64,000 nucleotides of DNA from Planktothrix sp. GU0601_MAG3 (GTDB lineage Bacteria; Cyanobacteriota; Cyanobacteriia; Cyanobacteriales; Microcoleaceae): contig CP136572.1 in assembly GCA_035193785.1 (NCBI GenBank), positions 3,092,578 through 3,156,577 of the forward strand. Direction: 5' to 3'. The notes under the pieces are model-generated. The model was not told the DNA's origin. It worked only from the letters and a program-made list of their open reading frames with translations, and ran no database searches. Positions 10,792 through 23,349 of this stretch are shown in pieces. The translations under genes were made by a program, and so were the position numbers. Position 1 is the first letter of the stretch. The number at the start of each line of letters is the position of its first letter.

Positions 10792-12049
10792 TTAATAATT
10801 CATTCCCACCATAGGAAAGGATAATTGATTCAATTGAGTAATTTTTTCGGAAGTGGCTTTTAAGGGGGTTTGATTTAAACGATTAAAAATATAACGAGAA
10901 ATGTCAGGGAAAATCTGTTCGTTTTTTGCATAGGCGGGATCATCTCCAAAGACGGCTAAAATATAAATGGCTTGATCGTTTAAGGTTCTCACAAAGGCGA
11001 TTTCTTGACGAGAACGACTGGTATAACCGACTTTAGACCCATAGTAAATATCGGGGGGTAAGGATTCTCCTAAAAATCCTTTCACCGAATTAGCATCAAT
11101 ATTTTTCCAGGCTTTGGGGTTCAAATCTCGGGTTAATAAATATGCCATTTTTGTACTAGCTAGGGGAGAAATGGCTTGTTTTGTGTAAATTTCATACATT
11201 AATCTGGCTGTTTGGTCGGTGGTGACGCGATTTCCTTGGGAATAGGGAGGACTTTCTCGAAGTTGTACATCTCTACCCGTGGGTTCTTCTCCTACCCCGG
11301 TAATTGGATAATTTTTAGTGGTTAAATTAATTCCAGTATAACCGGATTTCTCAAAAAATTGATTAACTTGACTGCGTTTTTCTACCCATTTATCTAATTC
11401 GGATTTGTCTAAGTTTTCCCCGGATTCGGTTTGGGTAATCGCATCAACAATTCGACTGGCTGAATCGTTATCGGAAATTCGCATCATCTGGGATAGGTCG
11501 GTATAAAAGGGCGATTCCTGGGGAATATATCCTTTTTCTGCATAGCCAAAAAATTGAACCATCCAAAATAATTTGGCAACACTGGCGGGAAATCTCAGTT
11601 GGGTATTATTATATCCGGCGATGGTATGGGTAGCAGGTTTACTAACATCAATTAATGTAATAGATAGGGATTCGGTGGGTAATTCTTGGTTTTTAGCAAT
11701 ATCAACTGCACCATCAATAATAGTTTGTAAGTCTTGACTAGGGACTAAATTAGGAGGGGTTTTGATATTATAAACTACGGTTTTATCGGTTTCGGTCGCT
11801 GGGGCAGAAATGGTAATATTCTGAGTTTGGGTCTGGGGTTTTGCGGGTGGAAATAATAGTTTTAATACCGCTCCCACCGTCCAATTAACGGTTAATAATA
11901 GGGCAATTAAAAATATAATTCGAGAGTATTTTAATTTCGCTAATCTCTCCGGTATTCTAGTCCCTACTCTAACAGGCGATCGCTTTAAAGAACGATTAGG
12001 AACAGAAGAATTTCTAACAGAAACGACGACGTTGGGTAATAGAAGCCAT
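10792..12049 (-). CDS. class A beta-lactamase-related serine hydrolase with N-terminal TM anchor
   Basis: FPASVAKLF (SxxK), SDN, SKVG motifs. True start is probably the ATG at 12049 (MASITQRRR) with a +1 error near 12021. The longer N-terminus in the track is repeat-derived. Confidence 0.8.
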
Positions 12050-12067
12050 ATTGGAGAAAGATATAGT

Positions 12068-12277
12068 AGGGGAGGCAGGGGGGCGGGGGAGCCGGGGAGC
12101 AGGGGGAGCAGGGGGAGCAGGGGAGCAGGGGAGCAGGGGAGCAGGGGGAGCAGGGGGGGCAGGGGGAGCCGGGGGAGCCGGGGGAGCCGGGGATGTAAAC
12201 TTCTTCTATTCCACATTCATTCGTAATTCGTAATTCGTAATTCGTAATTCGTAATTCGTAATTCGTAATTCGTAATT
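12068..12277 (-). repeat. composite STRR (G-rich 9-mer array plus TCGTAAT array)
   Basis: (GGGGGAGCA)n then (TTCGTAA)n with a degenerate linker. Confidence 0.9.
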
Positions 12278-12310
12278 CCCTTTTCCCTGTTCCCTTTATA
12301 CCTCAATATT

Positions 12311-13163
12311 TTATTCTGTGCCATCGGGTAAAGTTAAGGCAATTTGATAGATTTGACGACGGGGTAGGGAAGTGGCTTCGGCGAGTTGGCGACTGGCTTG
12401 GGAACGGGTAATTCCTTGCTGGAGTAGACATTGGAGTTCGGTTTTAAGTTGGTCTTCGGTGATCACGGTTGGGGTTTCGGTGATGCCAGCAATGACTAAT
12501 GTTATTTCACCTTTGGGGTTATGATCTTGATAGTATTGTACAGCATTTTCTAAGGTTCCTCGCCAAAATTGTTCATGGATTTTTGTTAATTCCCGAGCAA
12601 TTACAATAGACCGTTTTGCCCCTAAAATTAGGGCTAAATCTTCTAAGGTTTCCACAAGACGATGGGGCGCTTCATATAAAATTAGGGTGCGAGATTCGGT
12701 TTGTAAACTGCTTAAACGCTGTTGACGTTCTTTATTTTTGGTGGGTAAAAACCCTTCAAAAATAAATCTATCCGTGGGGAGTCCCGCCGCGCTTAAAGCC
12801 GTTAGACAAGCACTCACCCCCGGAATCGGAATCACCGGAATATTTGCTTCAATACAAGCCTTAATTAGTTCATATCCCGGGTCGGAAATTCCTGGCATTC
12901 CCGCATCCGTAACTAAGGCAATTGTATGTCCCTGACTCAAAGATTCAACTAAGCTTGGAATCCGGCGTTGTTGATTATGTTCATGGTAACTGAGTTGGGG
13001 GGTTTTAATATCAAAATGGTGTAATAGCTTGCCCGTATGACGGGTATCTTCAGCCGCAATCCAATCGACGGTTTGTAAAATTTTTATCGCCCGCAACGTG
13101 ATATCTTCTAGGTTTCCCAATGGGAGTTCCTACAATATAAAGGATTCCAGCTTGATTGGTCAT
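12311..13163 (-). CDS. rsmI: 16S rRNA (cytidine1402-2'-O)-methyltransferase (split near 13113)
   Basis: Repaired start MTNQAGILYIVGTPIGNLEDIT. Motifs AAEDTRHT, DAGMPGISDPG, ARELTK. Confidence 0.93.
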
Positions 13164-13354
13164 ATTAAATTTAAAGCTCTACGGAAATATAAATATGATA
13201 TAAAACACACTCACCCTAGGATAATATCAGATATTCTGGAGGTTAGGATGGGATTTAGTCTTGAAATTTGTCTGAAGTGGTGAAGGTTTATGGGAAAATT
13301 GGTTTTATAGGTTTTAAATTCCCCCTAATTTCTGGATTTAGTTGAAATAATTCC

Positions 13355-14224
13355 ATGGTCAAAGGTTTATTTGTTGGACTAATTACCCTCGATTTGATTT
13401 ATTCTGTTAATCAATATCCCCAGGAAAATCAAAAAATTGTCGCCTCTAATTATACCGTTGCAGCCGGAGGGCCAGCGACCAATGCTGCCGTTACTTTTAA
13501 TAGTTTAGGCAACCAATCTATGCTATTAGGTGGATTAGGAACCCATGACCTAACTCAACTGATTAGAAAAGATTTAGAACAATATTCTGTTAATATTATA
13601 GACTTAGATCCCAATCGTTTAGACGCTCCTCCTGTTTCATCTATTATTGTGAATAATGTCACGGGAGATCGCACTGTTATTTCTATTAATGCCACAAAAT
13701 CTCAAATTTATAACTATTCAAATTTATCACAATATTTAGATGATATTGATATTATTTTAATTGACGGTCATCAAATTCCCCTCAGCCAAAGTTTAATTCA
13801 ACAGGCAAAAATTAAACAAATTCCTGTTATTTTAGACGGTGGAAGTTGGAAACCGGGCTTAGAAGACCTTTTACCAGATATTCAATATGCCATTTGTTCC
13901 CATAATTTTTATCCGCCCCATTGTCAAACCTCTGAAGATGTTTTTGCTTATCTTCAAGGGATAAATATTCCTAATATTGCCATTACCCAAGGAGAAAAAT
14001 CGATTCAATATATTAGTCTCAAAGCAGGAAACGGTAGTATCCCCATTCCCAGGATTCAAGCAGTTGACACCTTGGGCGCGGGAGATATTTTTCATGGAGC
14101 ATTTTGCCATTTTATTCTATCTGAAAACTTCCCCACCGCCCTAGCTAAATCCGCCCAAATCGCATCTGAATCTTGCCTACATTTCGGCACGAGAAAATGG
14201 ATTGAATTTTTAAATAATCACTAA
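13355..14224 (+). CDS. PfkB family carbohydrate kinase
   Basis: GGPATNAA and DTLGAGDIFHGAF signatures. Confidence 0.9.
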   Translation: MVKGLFVGLITLDLIYSVNQYPQENQKIVASNYTVAAGGPATNAAVTFNSLGNQSMLLGGLGTHDLTQLIRKDLEQYSVNIIDLDPNRLDAPPVSSIIVNNVTGDRTVISINATKSQIYNYSNLSQYLDDIDIILIDGHQIPLSQSLIQQAKIKQIPVILDGGSWKPGLEDLLPDIQYAICSHNFYPPHCQTSEDVFAYLQGINIPNIAITQGEKSIQYISLKAGNGSIPIPRIQAVDTLGAGDIFHGAFCHFILSENFPTALAKSAQIASESCLHFGTRKWIEFLNNH

Positions 14225-14323
14225 TCTTTATAGACAACTGGGAACAAGTAAGATATAATCAGCATATCTTCTGCTTTCTGGTTTTCACGAGTATAATTTT
14301 TACTAAAATCTCCTATTATTAAT

Positions 14324-15469
14324 ATGACCGATATTCAACCTTTAAAAATTACCCTTCCCCCCTTACAAATTACCTTAAATGATGGGCAACAGGTCAGCTT
14401 GCAATGGCTTCCCCCATCACCTCTCGATGAGTCTCCCCAACATCCTGAACCTCCCCAACCTCCGCTTCCCGATGGTTGGAAAAAATGGGTGGCGGCTAAT
14501 AAGTTTCTGCATCAATCCGATGATGCTTTAATTGAATGTATGGTAAAAAATGGGATTGATGTTAAGTTAGCCGTTGAGGAAGTCACAAACCTCGCTAACC
14601 AACCCTATTTTCAAGCCGCACAAGAGGTTCTACAAAAGCAAGAAAAATTGGAATCTATTCTACAAATTAAAAATCAATTAGCAGCTTTAGGGTCTAATTA
14701 TCATAGTATTCCTCGAATTCCATTTTTATCCAAAGATGAATTTTTAGACCAATATTATTCCCAGAATAAACCCGTTATTTTGACAGGTATTATGAAAAAT
14801 TGGGCAGCAATGGAACGATGGACACCGGAATATTTCAAAGAAAACTATGGCAATGTTAGTATTCAAGTCCAGGGAAATCGCAACTCCGACCCGAATTATG
14901 AAATTAATTTAGAACAGCATCGAAAAACGATGTTATTTGGAGATTATATTGATTGGGTAGTGCGGGCGGGAGAAACCAATGATTACTATATGGTTGCCAA
15001 CAATAATACCCTGAATCGTGAAGAAATGCAGGGACTTTTTGAGGATATGGAGGTATTTCCCGAATATTTAGACTCAGCACAGAAGGTGGGAAAAACGTTT
15101 TTTTGGTTTGGTTCAGCAGGAACTGTTACTCCCTTACATCACGATACCATTAATATCTTTTTAGCTCAAGTTTCAGGACGAAAACTAATTAAAATGATTT
15201 CCCCGGAACAAACACCATTTATTTATAATAATATTGGGGTATTTAGTCCGATTGATCCGGCAAATCCTGACTATAATCGCTATCCATTATATCGAAATGT
15301 TCGCTCTATTGATGTGATTTTACACCCGGGGGAAGTAATTTTTCTTCCGGTGGGATGGTGGCATTATGTTAAATCTTTAGAAATGAGTATTTCCGTTTCC
15401 TTTATTAATTTTAAATTTCCTAATGATTATGATTGGAAAAACCCATCTTCAGTCAATAGTTATGGGTAG
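14324..15469 (+). CDS. JmjC/cupin_8 Fe(II)/2-oxoglutarate oxygenase
   Basis: NKPVIL...W.A...W; FWFG...TPLHHD (HxD); PGEVIFLPVGWWHYV. Confidence 0.85.
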   Translation: MTDIQPLKITLPPLQITLNDGQQVSLQWLPPSPLDESPQHPEPPQPPLPDGWKKWVAANKFLHQSDDALIECMVKNGIDVKLAVEEVTNLANQPYFQAAQEVLQKQEKLESILQIKNQLAALGSNYHSIPRIPFLSKDEFLDQYYSQNKPVILTGIMKNWAAMERWTPEYFKENYGNVSIQVQGNRNSDPNYEINLEQHRKTMLFGDYIDWVVRAGETNDYYMVANNNTLNREEMQGLFEDMEVFPEYLDSAQKVGKTFFWFGSAGTVTPLHHDTINIFLAQVSGRKLIKMISPEQTPFIYNNIGVFSPIDPANPDYNRYPLYRNVRSIDVILHPGEVIFLPVGWWHYVKSLEMSISVSFINFKFPNDYDWKNPSSVNSYG

Positions 15470-15606
15470 GGAATGGGGAACAGGGAACAGGGAACAGGGA
15501 ACAGGGAACAGGGAACAGGGAATAGGGAACAGGGAACAGGGAACAGGGAATAGGGAACAGGGAACAGGGAACAATCTTAAACTGATAACTGATAACTGAT
15601 AACTGA
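15467..15606. repeat. heptamer STRR arrays (GGGAACA)n and (ACTGATA)n
   Basis: About 14 GGGAACA/GGGAATA units between convergent genes, followed by ACTGATA units. Confidence 0.9.
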
Positions 15607-15613
15607 TGAATGA

Positions 15614-17102
15614 TCACTGATTACTAATTATTCCCCGACGATAGATTTCTTTAGCATAATCTGTCCAGGTTCCCTGTCCCCAATAGCGAAAACAACTGGT
15701 TTGTAATAACAAATTGTACAATAATGCTTGTTGATAGTGAAATTCCTTAGTAATATTTGGGTTTTCTTTAACTAGAGAATCATACTTTTGGTGAAACGCA
15801 ATGCTTAATTGATTCATCGGTTCCAAAACATTTTCATACCCTTGAACCCAACTTAAATTATTCGTCCAAGATGCCCCCTCCATTTGAAATTGATGATCGG
15901 TTTGTTTTAAAATTGCGATCGCAGCTTCTAGCTTCTCCGGTGTCACTTGATTAGGATCAACCTTTTGCCAAATTTTATGCTGTTGAACCGCTTGACAAGC
16001 CGGGTAATCTTCTGGGTTTCACCCCCGCCGCTTCTAAAAGTTCTAAATATTCCGTTCCATTCATCGCCACAACCCCCTGATTTTGATCCCGCAATTCATA
16101 GAAAATCCGCAGGAAATCCCGGGGATATTCATTCATCATCACCCCGCCATTTTCCCCATCGGCAATTTGTGAAACTAGAGGCGGAATATTAACCCCAGAA
16201 ATAGATTGTTTTTCCTTGGTTTTTGCTTCAAAATAGGGCTGCATTTGGGCGACTAATTTAGTATCCGATCCCTGGGTTTTAATTAAAGCAATTATACTCA
16301 AGGTTTCCCCCTTAGAATTGCGGGCAACTAAGCGATTAGGAATATATTTTTGGTCGTGGGGTAATCCCAAACCCTCTAAGGTTTCAACGGAATGTTCCTG
16401 AACCAATAACCAACGATAACCGCAGGATTTTAAGGCTTTAATATACTCATATAAGGTATCAGGATGATTGGGGAAGTGCATTTCTGGAGGGGAAAAACCC
16501 TTAACTCGCTTTAAAGCATCTTCTCCAAAAATACTGGCAAAATGATGTTGCCAAGCCTGAATTTGGAGTAAAATATCAGGAATAGGAGTCGAAGGAATCA
16601 CCCCATGACTCCACATGGTTCCTAACCATTCTATATATGGTTGATAGTTTGGATCACAGGTAATTTTTTTCAGATCATTGAGAATATCATCTCGCCCCAT
16701 TTGGCGTAATCCCCATAACAAATTCCCCGAATAATCCAACATAATTCGAGGATTACATCCTTGGGAGATTAATTGAGGAATAAACTCTCCCATCCGACGA
16801 TAACACCAAGAAAAAACTTCCGCATTATGATTATCTCCTTCTTGGGGATGTTCAAACATATATTGCAGATTGCTAATTAATTCCCCATTAGCACCTGCTG
16901 GAATTGTCGGTTGATGAAAATGTAATCCACAGGCAAAACCTGCTTTAATTTGATCTAACTTTAGATTAGTTTGAGGCAAAAATATAGGATAATTATGATT
17001 AACCAGAGATTGAATTTCAGCTTCCCAGCCGCAAAAATTAGGAAGACCAGAACGCAAGTCTTCTAAAACGGGTAAAGGAGCCAAAAGGCTAGATTTTGTC
17101 AT
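15614..17102 (-). CDS. GH57 family glycoside hydrolase (split near 16017)
   Basis: LHFHQP, GFSPPEMH, IADGENGGVMMNE, C-terminal TSCFRYWGQG. Likely start MTKSS at 17102. Confidence 0.85.
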
Positions 17103-17380
17103 AAAAATGAATCTTGAGCAATTGCCAGACAATAAAAATACAAATTTAATTATACTCTTGAACACAGATCCTAAAAAAACTTTTGATGCTTCGCCATATT
17201 CTGTCAGACTTGAGTAATCTGTTTAATCCGTATTCGATTTCACAAACTGGGGGTTTTAATTTTGACAACAAAACGTTATAATTCAGTCACCAGTTACCAG
17301 TTACCAGTTTAAAAATCAATAAATTAACTGTATACTCTTTAACTGATAACTGATAACTGATTACCGATTACTGATTTGGT

Positions 17381-19363
17381 ATGAGTATTAATTTTGGACG
17401 AGAAATTTGCGGTGATTTGCCCAGTGCAGAAACACGAGAATGGTTAGTCACTAATGGCATCGGTGGCTACGCTTCGGGAACAATAGCAGGCTTGCTGACA
17501 CGCCGTTATCATGGTTTATTAGTAGCAGCTTTAACCCCCCCATTAGGCAGGACTTTATTAGTCACAAAAATAGATGAAATTTTAGAATATCACCAACAAG
17601 TTTATCCCCTTTATACAAATCGTTGGAGAGGCGGCGCAATTAATGGCTATGGACATCATCATATTGAAAAGTTTTACTTAGATCGTACCGTACCAACCTG
17701 GAAATTTGCCTGCGCCGATGCCCTCCTAGAAAAACGGATTTGGATGCAGCCCGAGGCTAATATTACTTATGTTCGCTATAACTTAACTCGCGCGTCTGGG
17801 CCAGTCACCCTCACCTTCAAAGCCTTTGTCAATCATCGAGATTATCATAGCGATACCCATGCTGGGAATTGGAAAATGCAAGTGGAAGCGGTGGAAAATG
17901 GGATTTGTGTCACCGCCTTTCCCCAAGCCACTCCCTTCTATTTATTAACGGATCGGGCGACGGTACAACCTACCCATCAATGGTGTTATAACTTTGATTT
18001 AGCTAGGGAACGCGATCGCGGCCTCATGGATCACGAGGATCACCTCCATATTGCCACCTTCACCGCCACCTTGCATCCCGGGGAATCCCTATGTTTTGTC
18101 GCGAGTACGGAAGCTCGCCCCAGTTTGAACGGAGAAGCCGCCCTAGAAGTCCGTCGTACCTACGAACGCAAATTATTAGGATATTGGCAAGATAGCTGTC
18201 CCAGCAATATTAGGGAAGTGCCGGAATGGGTACAACAGTTGGTATTTGCCGCCGATCAATTTGTGGTAAATCGGGTTATGCCTGAAAATCCCATCGGTAA
18301 AACCATTATTGCTGGATACCCCTGGTTTGGGGATTGGGGACGGGACACCATGATTAGTTTACCCGGCATTACCATCACCACCGGACGCCTCCAAATTACC
18401 CGTGCCATCCTCTATACCTACTCCAAATATGTGAAGGAGGGAATGTTACCCAACCGTTTCCCCGACGAGGGAGAAACCCCGGACTATAACACCGTTGATG
18501 CGACCCTCTGGTATTTCGAGGCAATTCGTCAATATTATGACCTGACCGAAGATATTGATATTGTCGAAAATTTATTTCCCGTTCTGGCCGATATTATTCA
18601 ATATCACTGTCGCGGAACTCGCTATAATGTCCATCTCGATCCCGCCGATGGTTTACTGTACGCAGGGGAACAGGGATCGCAGTTAACCTGGATGGATGCC
18701 AAAATCGGCGATTGGGTTGTGACTCCCCGCATCGGGAAACCCGTGGAAATTAACGCCCTGTGGTATAACGCCCTGCGAATTATGGGGAAATTTGCCCGTC
18801 AAATCGGTAGACCCTATCAAGAATATGATGCCCTAGCCGATCGCGCCTTGGCTCGGTTTGAACGGTTCTGGAATCCTGAACTGGGCTATTGTTATGATGT
18901 GATTGATGGGATTTATGGCGATGATGCTTCCCTGCGCCCTAATCAAATTTTTGCCGTTTCCCTCCCCCATAGTGCCCTACACCACGAACAACAAAAATCC
19001 ATCGTTGAAACCTGCGGACGGTTTTTGTTAACATCATCAGGATTGCGATCTCTAGCCCCGAATCATTTTCACTATCGGGGATATTATGAGGGAAATCCAC
19101 TACAACGAGATAGCGCCTATCATCAAGGCACGGTTTGGGCTTGGCTGTTGGGCCCCTTTGTCATCGCCCATTTACGGGTGTTTCAAAATCCCAATATAGC
19201 GCGTAGTTTCCTGGAACCGATGATCAACCACCTAACCACGGGGGGACTGGGAACAATTAGCGAGATTTTTGATGGTAACGCCCCGATGCACCCCCGGGGT
19301 TGTATTGCCCAAGCCTGGTCGGTGGGAGAAATTCTGCGGGCTTGGTTGGCTACTGAACGTTAG
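17381..19363 (+). CDS. amylo-alpha-1,6-glucosidase / glycogen debranching enzyme
   Basis: REWLVTNGIGGYASGT, IAGYPWFGDWGRDT, LTWMDAK, GCIAQAWSV. Confidence 0.92.
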   Translation: MSINFGREICGDLPSAETREWLVTNGIGGYASGTIAGLLTRRYHGLLVAALTPPLGRTLLVTKIDEILEYHQQVYPLYTNRWRGGAINGYGHHHIEKFYLDRTVPTWKFACADALLEKRIWMQPEANITYVRYNLTRASGPVTLTFKAFVNHRDYHSDTHAGNWKMQVEAVENGICVTAFPQATPFYLLTDRATVQPTHQWCYNFDLARERDRGLMDHEDHLHIATFTATLHPGESLCFVASTEARPSLNGEAALEVRRTYERKLLGYWQDSCPSNIREVPEWVQQLVFAADQFVVNRVMPENPIGKTIIAGYPWFGDWGRDTMISLPGITITTGRLQITRAILYTYSKYVKEGMLPNRFPDEGETPDYNTVDATLWYFEAIRQYYDLTEDIDIVENLFPVLADIIQYHCRGTRYNVHLDPADGLLYAGEQGSQLTWMDAKIGDWVVTPRIGKPVEINALWYNALRIMGKFARQIGRPYQEYDALADRALARFERFWNPELGYCYDVIDGIYGDDASLRPNQIFAVSLPHSALHHEQQKSIVETCGRFLLTSSGLRSLAPNHFHYRGYYEGNPLQRDSAYHQGTVWAWLLGPFVIAHLRVFQNPNIARSFLEPMINHLTTGGLGTISEIFDGNAPMHPRGCIAQAWSVGEILRAWLATER

Positions 19364-19383
19364 ATCGAGGGTCATGGAAAATC

Positions 19384-20107
19384 ATGGGTTTAAAGGCAGT
19401 TCTATTTGATTTTAATGGAATTATTATTAACGATGAGTCCATCCATGAGCAACTCATTGCTGAACTTTTGTTGACTGAAAACCTGCTTTCTAAACCTGAA
19501 GAAATTCGCAAATTTTCTTTGGGACGGAGCGATCGCGCCTGTTTAACCGACCTATTAACCTATCGGGGTCGCGTTGTCAGTAATGCTTATTTAGATCAGT
19601 TAATTGAACGGAAATCGATTAGCTATCGAAATTATTTAGAACAATTAGAACAACTTCCCCTCTATCCAGGTCTGGGGGATTTGCTTCAACAGTTGCAAGC
19701 CGCGGATCTGAAGTTAGGAATTGTCACCGGGGCGTTACGCGCGGAGGTGGAAACTGGTGTTAACTCGCAGTGGCCTGAAGGAGTATTTTCCCATGATTGT
19801 GGCCGGGGATGAGATTACCCTGAGCAAACCTGAACCCCAGGGCTATTTATTGGGCCTGCAACGATTAAATCAGGCCTACCCTGAGCTAAAAAATTTACAG
19901 CCATCGGAATGTCTGGCTTTAGAGGATGCCTATGTGGGGATTATGGCGGCTAGGCGGGCCGGAATGCAAGTTATTGGTGTGGCTCATACCTATCCCCTGC
20001 ATCTGCTGCAACGCTGGGCAAATTGGGCCGTTGATCGCTTCGGGGATCTGGAACTTGAGCGGATGCAAAAAATTTTTTTACAGGAACCTTTGCAATCTCA
20101 AGTTTAG
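19384..20107 (+). CDS. HAD family phosphatase (split near 19751)
   Basis: LFDFNGII, KPEPQGY, LEDAYVG. Confidence 0.85.
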
Positions 20108-20171
20108 TTGTGTTAGAATATTAAATTGGAGTCAGAGATCATTCCTCACACTTTGATCCTTTGACTCGCAC

Positions 20172-20244
20172 GGGGAATTAGCTCAGTTGGTAGAGTGCTG
20201 CGATCGCACCGCAGAGGTCAGGGGTTCGAATCCCCTATTCTCCA
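20172..20244 (+). tRNA. trnA: tRNA-Ala(CGC)
   Basis: GGGGAAT acceptor stem, D arm AGCTCAGTTGGTAGAG, anticodon stem CTGCG/CGCAG with loop ATCGCAC, T arm GGTTCGAATCC. Confidence 0.95.
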
Positions 20245-20598
20245 TTGTTCTCGTTAATATGCTAAGATTAAAGCCGATCAAGTCCAGCTTGAAGTTTGAT
20301 CATACTGCCTGCCACATTCATTCTTTGTGTATAGCAACCTATTTTCTCCCGCGTTTGACCGTGGGAGGGGCATAGTCCCCATCTGAAAATTAATTTTTTT
20401 GAAAAAATCAGCCGATTTTCCTAGCCCTAGATAGAGGAAAAATCAAGAGAATTAAAGCTAATATTGATCACTCTCTAAAATGCTGACATTTCTTAAATCT
20501 AAATGAAAGTGATCATTTTGAGTCAATCAATATTAGTTCATAAGAGTCTGAGTTTGATCAAAACCTTAACGGGGTGGATTATCCGTCAAATTAAACTT

Positions 20599-22978
20599 AT
20601 GCAGCACCCATGTTCTAAAACTGAACAATCAGATATAATTGAACCAAAGTCAAACAATCATAAGTTCCTGAATCATTCTTTCCAAACTCAAGAACGGGTT
20701 GAACAACTCCTGGAAAATAGCCAAGTAGTGATTTTTAGTTGTCAACCCCAACCCGAATATCAAATAACGTTTATCAGTAACAATGTTAAAATTATATTAG
20801 GATATGATGTTGGTATATTGTTAAGAGAAAAGGATGTTTGGCATACCTATGTTCCATCTTCAGACCAAGATAAATGGCGGGATGCTTTTGTACAATTATT
20901 AGTTAAGGGGAACTATATTCATGAGGCTCAATTCTTACACGCTAACGGGAGTTTTTGCTGGTTACGAGTGGAAATGCGCCTGACTAAAGATGAAGGAGGA
21001 AATATTTCCGAAATCCTCGGTTATTTCGTCGATATCACGGCGCACAAAGAAGCAGAAATGCAACTATCAACCGCAGAAAATCGTTTAAAAACAGTGATTG
21101 AAACCGTTGGTAGTGGAATTACCTTGAGTGATAGAAAGGGTAATTTTTATATTTTTAATTCTAAAATGACAGAAATCACCGGATACTCTTTAGAAGATGC
21201 CCAATCTCATCCAGATTTTTTGGCCCTATTATATCCGAGTTCTAAATCCTATAGTCAAGCTCAAAACCGTTTAGAAAATGTGGCTTTAATGGGTTCAGTC
21301 TTTAATGCGGAAACTACAATTCCTACTAAAAATGGAGAGTTAAAAACCTTGCTTTTATCTACGGTAATGATGGAAGATCAGGAGAATCCGTTGTTTTTAT
21401 CGACGTTTCAAGATATTACTCCCCTCAAACGGGCCGAAAAAGCATTATGTCAAATGATTGTTCAAGAACATTTGATTTGGGAAATTACCCATAAAATTCG
21501 TCAGTCTTTGAATTTAGAGGATATTCTGAATACAACAGTCACGGAAGTTCAACAGTTACTTGAATGTGATCGGGTTTTTATTTATCGAATTTTTCCTAAT
21601 CGTCAAGGAAAAGTTATTGCGGAAACCAACTCTAATGAATTGTTAAAAACCCAACTATTGCAGACTCTTTTAATTCCTTTAGACTGCTATGAAAAATTTA
21701 GTCAAGGTCGGATTAGAGTTATGAATAATATTAATCATGATCCGACTGATTCAGAAATGTTTAAGGTGTTCAAACATTGGGGAATTGATTCTGCAATTAT
21801 TGTTCCTTTATTGGAAAGGAATCAACTGTGGGGACTTTTAATTGTTGATCAAAATCAGGGTTTACGCCATTGGTTAAAATGGGAGGCTAACTTATTGCGA
21901 CAAATCTCAGAAACAGGTGGGAATTGCTATTCAACAAAGTCAACTCTATCAAGAAACTCAAGATCAAGCCCATCGCGCCCAAATTTTAAATCAGGTGATT
22001 CAAGTGATTCGTCAGTCTTTAGACTTGGATACAATTTTTTCAACAGCTATTACTGAAGTTGTTAGTTTATTGGGTTTGGATAGGGCTTGTATTGTACAAT
22101 ATCTTGCCCAGCAAAAACAATGGCAAGAGGTGGCTTGCTTCGGTGATCATCACCATATTATTACTCCAGTTTTTCCTCCGATGCAAGAAACATCTTGTTT
22201 AGAAACTGATGCTTTTAATCTTCTTACTTCTGATGAAATTCAAGATTTAACCGGAATTTTAGGAAATTGGTTGCCAATTCCCCTGCGGGTGGGTTCGGAA
22301 ATTTGGGGCTGTTTGGGATTACTTAAACATCAAAATTTGAACGGTTGGAAAGAACCAGAAATTGAGTTAACTTCTGCCATAGCGGATCAATTAGCGATCG
22401 CAATTCAACAGTCTGAACTCTATCAAGAATTACAAGTTGCTAACCAACAATTACTACGCCTCGCCACCATTGATAGTTTAACTCAAGTTGCCAATCGTCG
22501 CCGTTTTGATCAATATCTGGAACAACAATGGCAAGATTTACAAGCGGAAAAAAGTTCTTTAGCTTTGATTTTATGTGATGTTGACTATTTTAAACAATAC
22601 AATGATTACTATGGACATCTTGCCGGAGATAGCTGTTTGCAAAAAGTCGCCCAAGCCCTTGAGAATATTCTACGAGATTCTGTGGATTTAGTCGCCCGAT
22701 ATGGGGGTGAAGAATTTGCAATTATTTTGCCAAATACTTCTGGGAGTGAGGCAATTAAGCGGGCGCAATATATTCAAAATGTGATTCTACAACTGCAATT
22801 ACCCCATGCCGATTCTAGGGTCGGTCAATGGCTGACTTTGAGTTTAGGAATAGCTTGTACCATCCCTTCCCATGGTATTCCCCCCTCTGCCCTAATTGGG
22901 GCCGCGGATCAGGCCTTGTATCAAGCGAAACAGCAGGGACGCGCCTGCTATTGTGTTCAGGAAGTGGCGACTACCTAA
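20599..22978 (+). CDS. diguanylate cyclase with PAS and GAF domains (split near 21911)
   Basis: Two PAS/PAC domains, two GAF domains (IRQSL.L..I), ARYGGEEF. The start could be 20503. Confidence 0.88.
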
Positions 22979-23117
22979 AATCTTCCACCCTAGGGAAGTA
23001 TCATTTTTGAGGCCGTTATGATAAAATACTGTCGTGATGAAATTTTGGGGACTGAGCGCTCTGTTGAACTGAAAGGGGGAGAGCGCTCTTTATTCTTTTT
23101 ATATTAGGGAACAGGGA

Positions 23118-23345
23118 ATTACGAATTACGAATTACGGATAGGGATAGGGATGGGTAATGGGTAATGGGTAATGGGTAATGGGTAATGGGTAATGGGTAA
23201 TTGGTAATTGGTAATGGGTAATTGGTAATGGGTAATTGGTAATGGCAAGAGTGTACCTCCCCGCCTCCCCTGCTCCCCCTGCCTCCCCCTGCCTCCCCCT
23301 GCTCCCCCTGCCTCCCCCTGCTCCCCCTGCTCCCCCTGCTCCCCC
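23118..23345 (+). repeat. composite STRR (ATTACGA)n-(GGTAATG)n-linker-(C-rich 9-mer)n
   Basis: Same architecture as 7726-7962, with linker GGTAATGGCAAGAGTGTACC. Confidence 0.9.
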
Positions 23346-23349
23346 ATTG

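Noticed and set aside
20187..20375. 62-aa ORF here, and the ORF at 29096-29281
   Set aside because: They overlap tRNA-Ala and tRNA-Trp respectively and are spurious.
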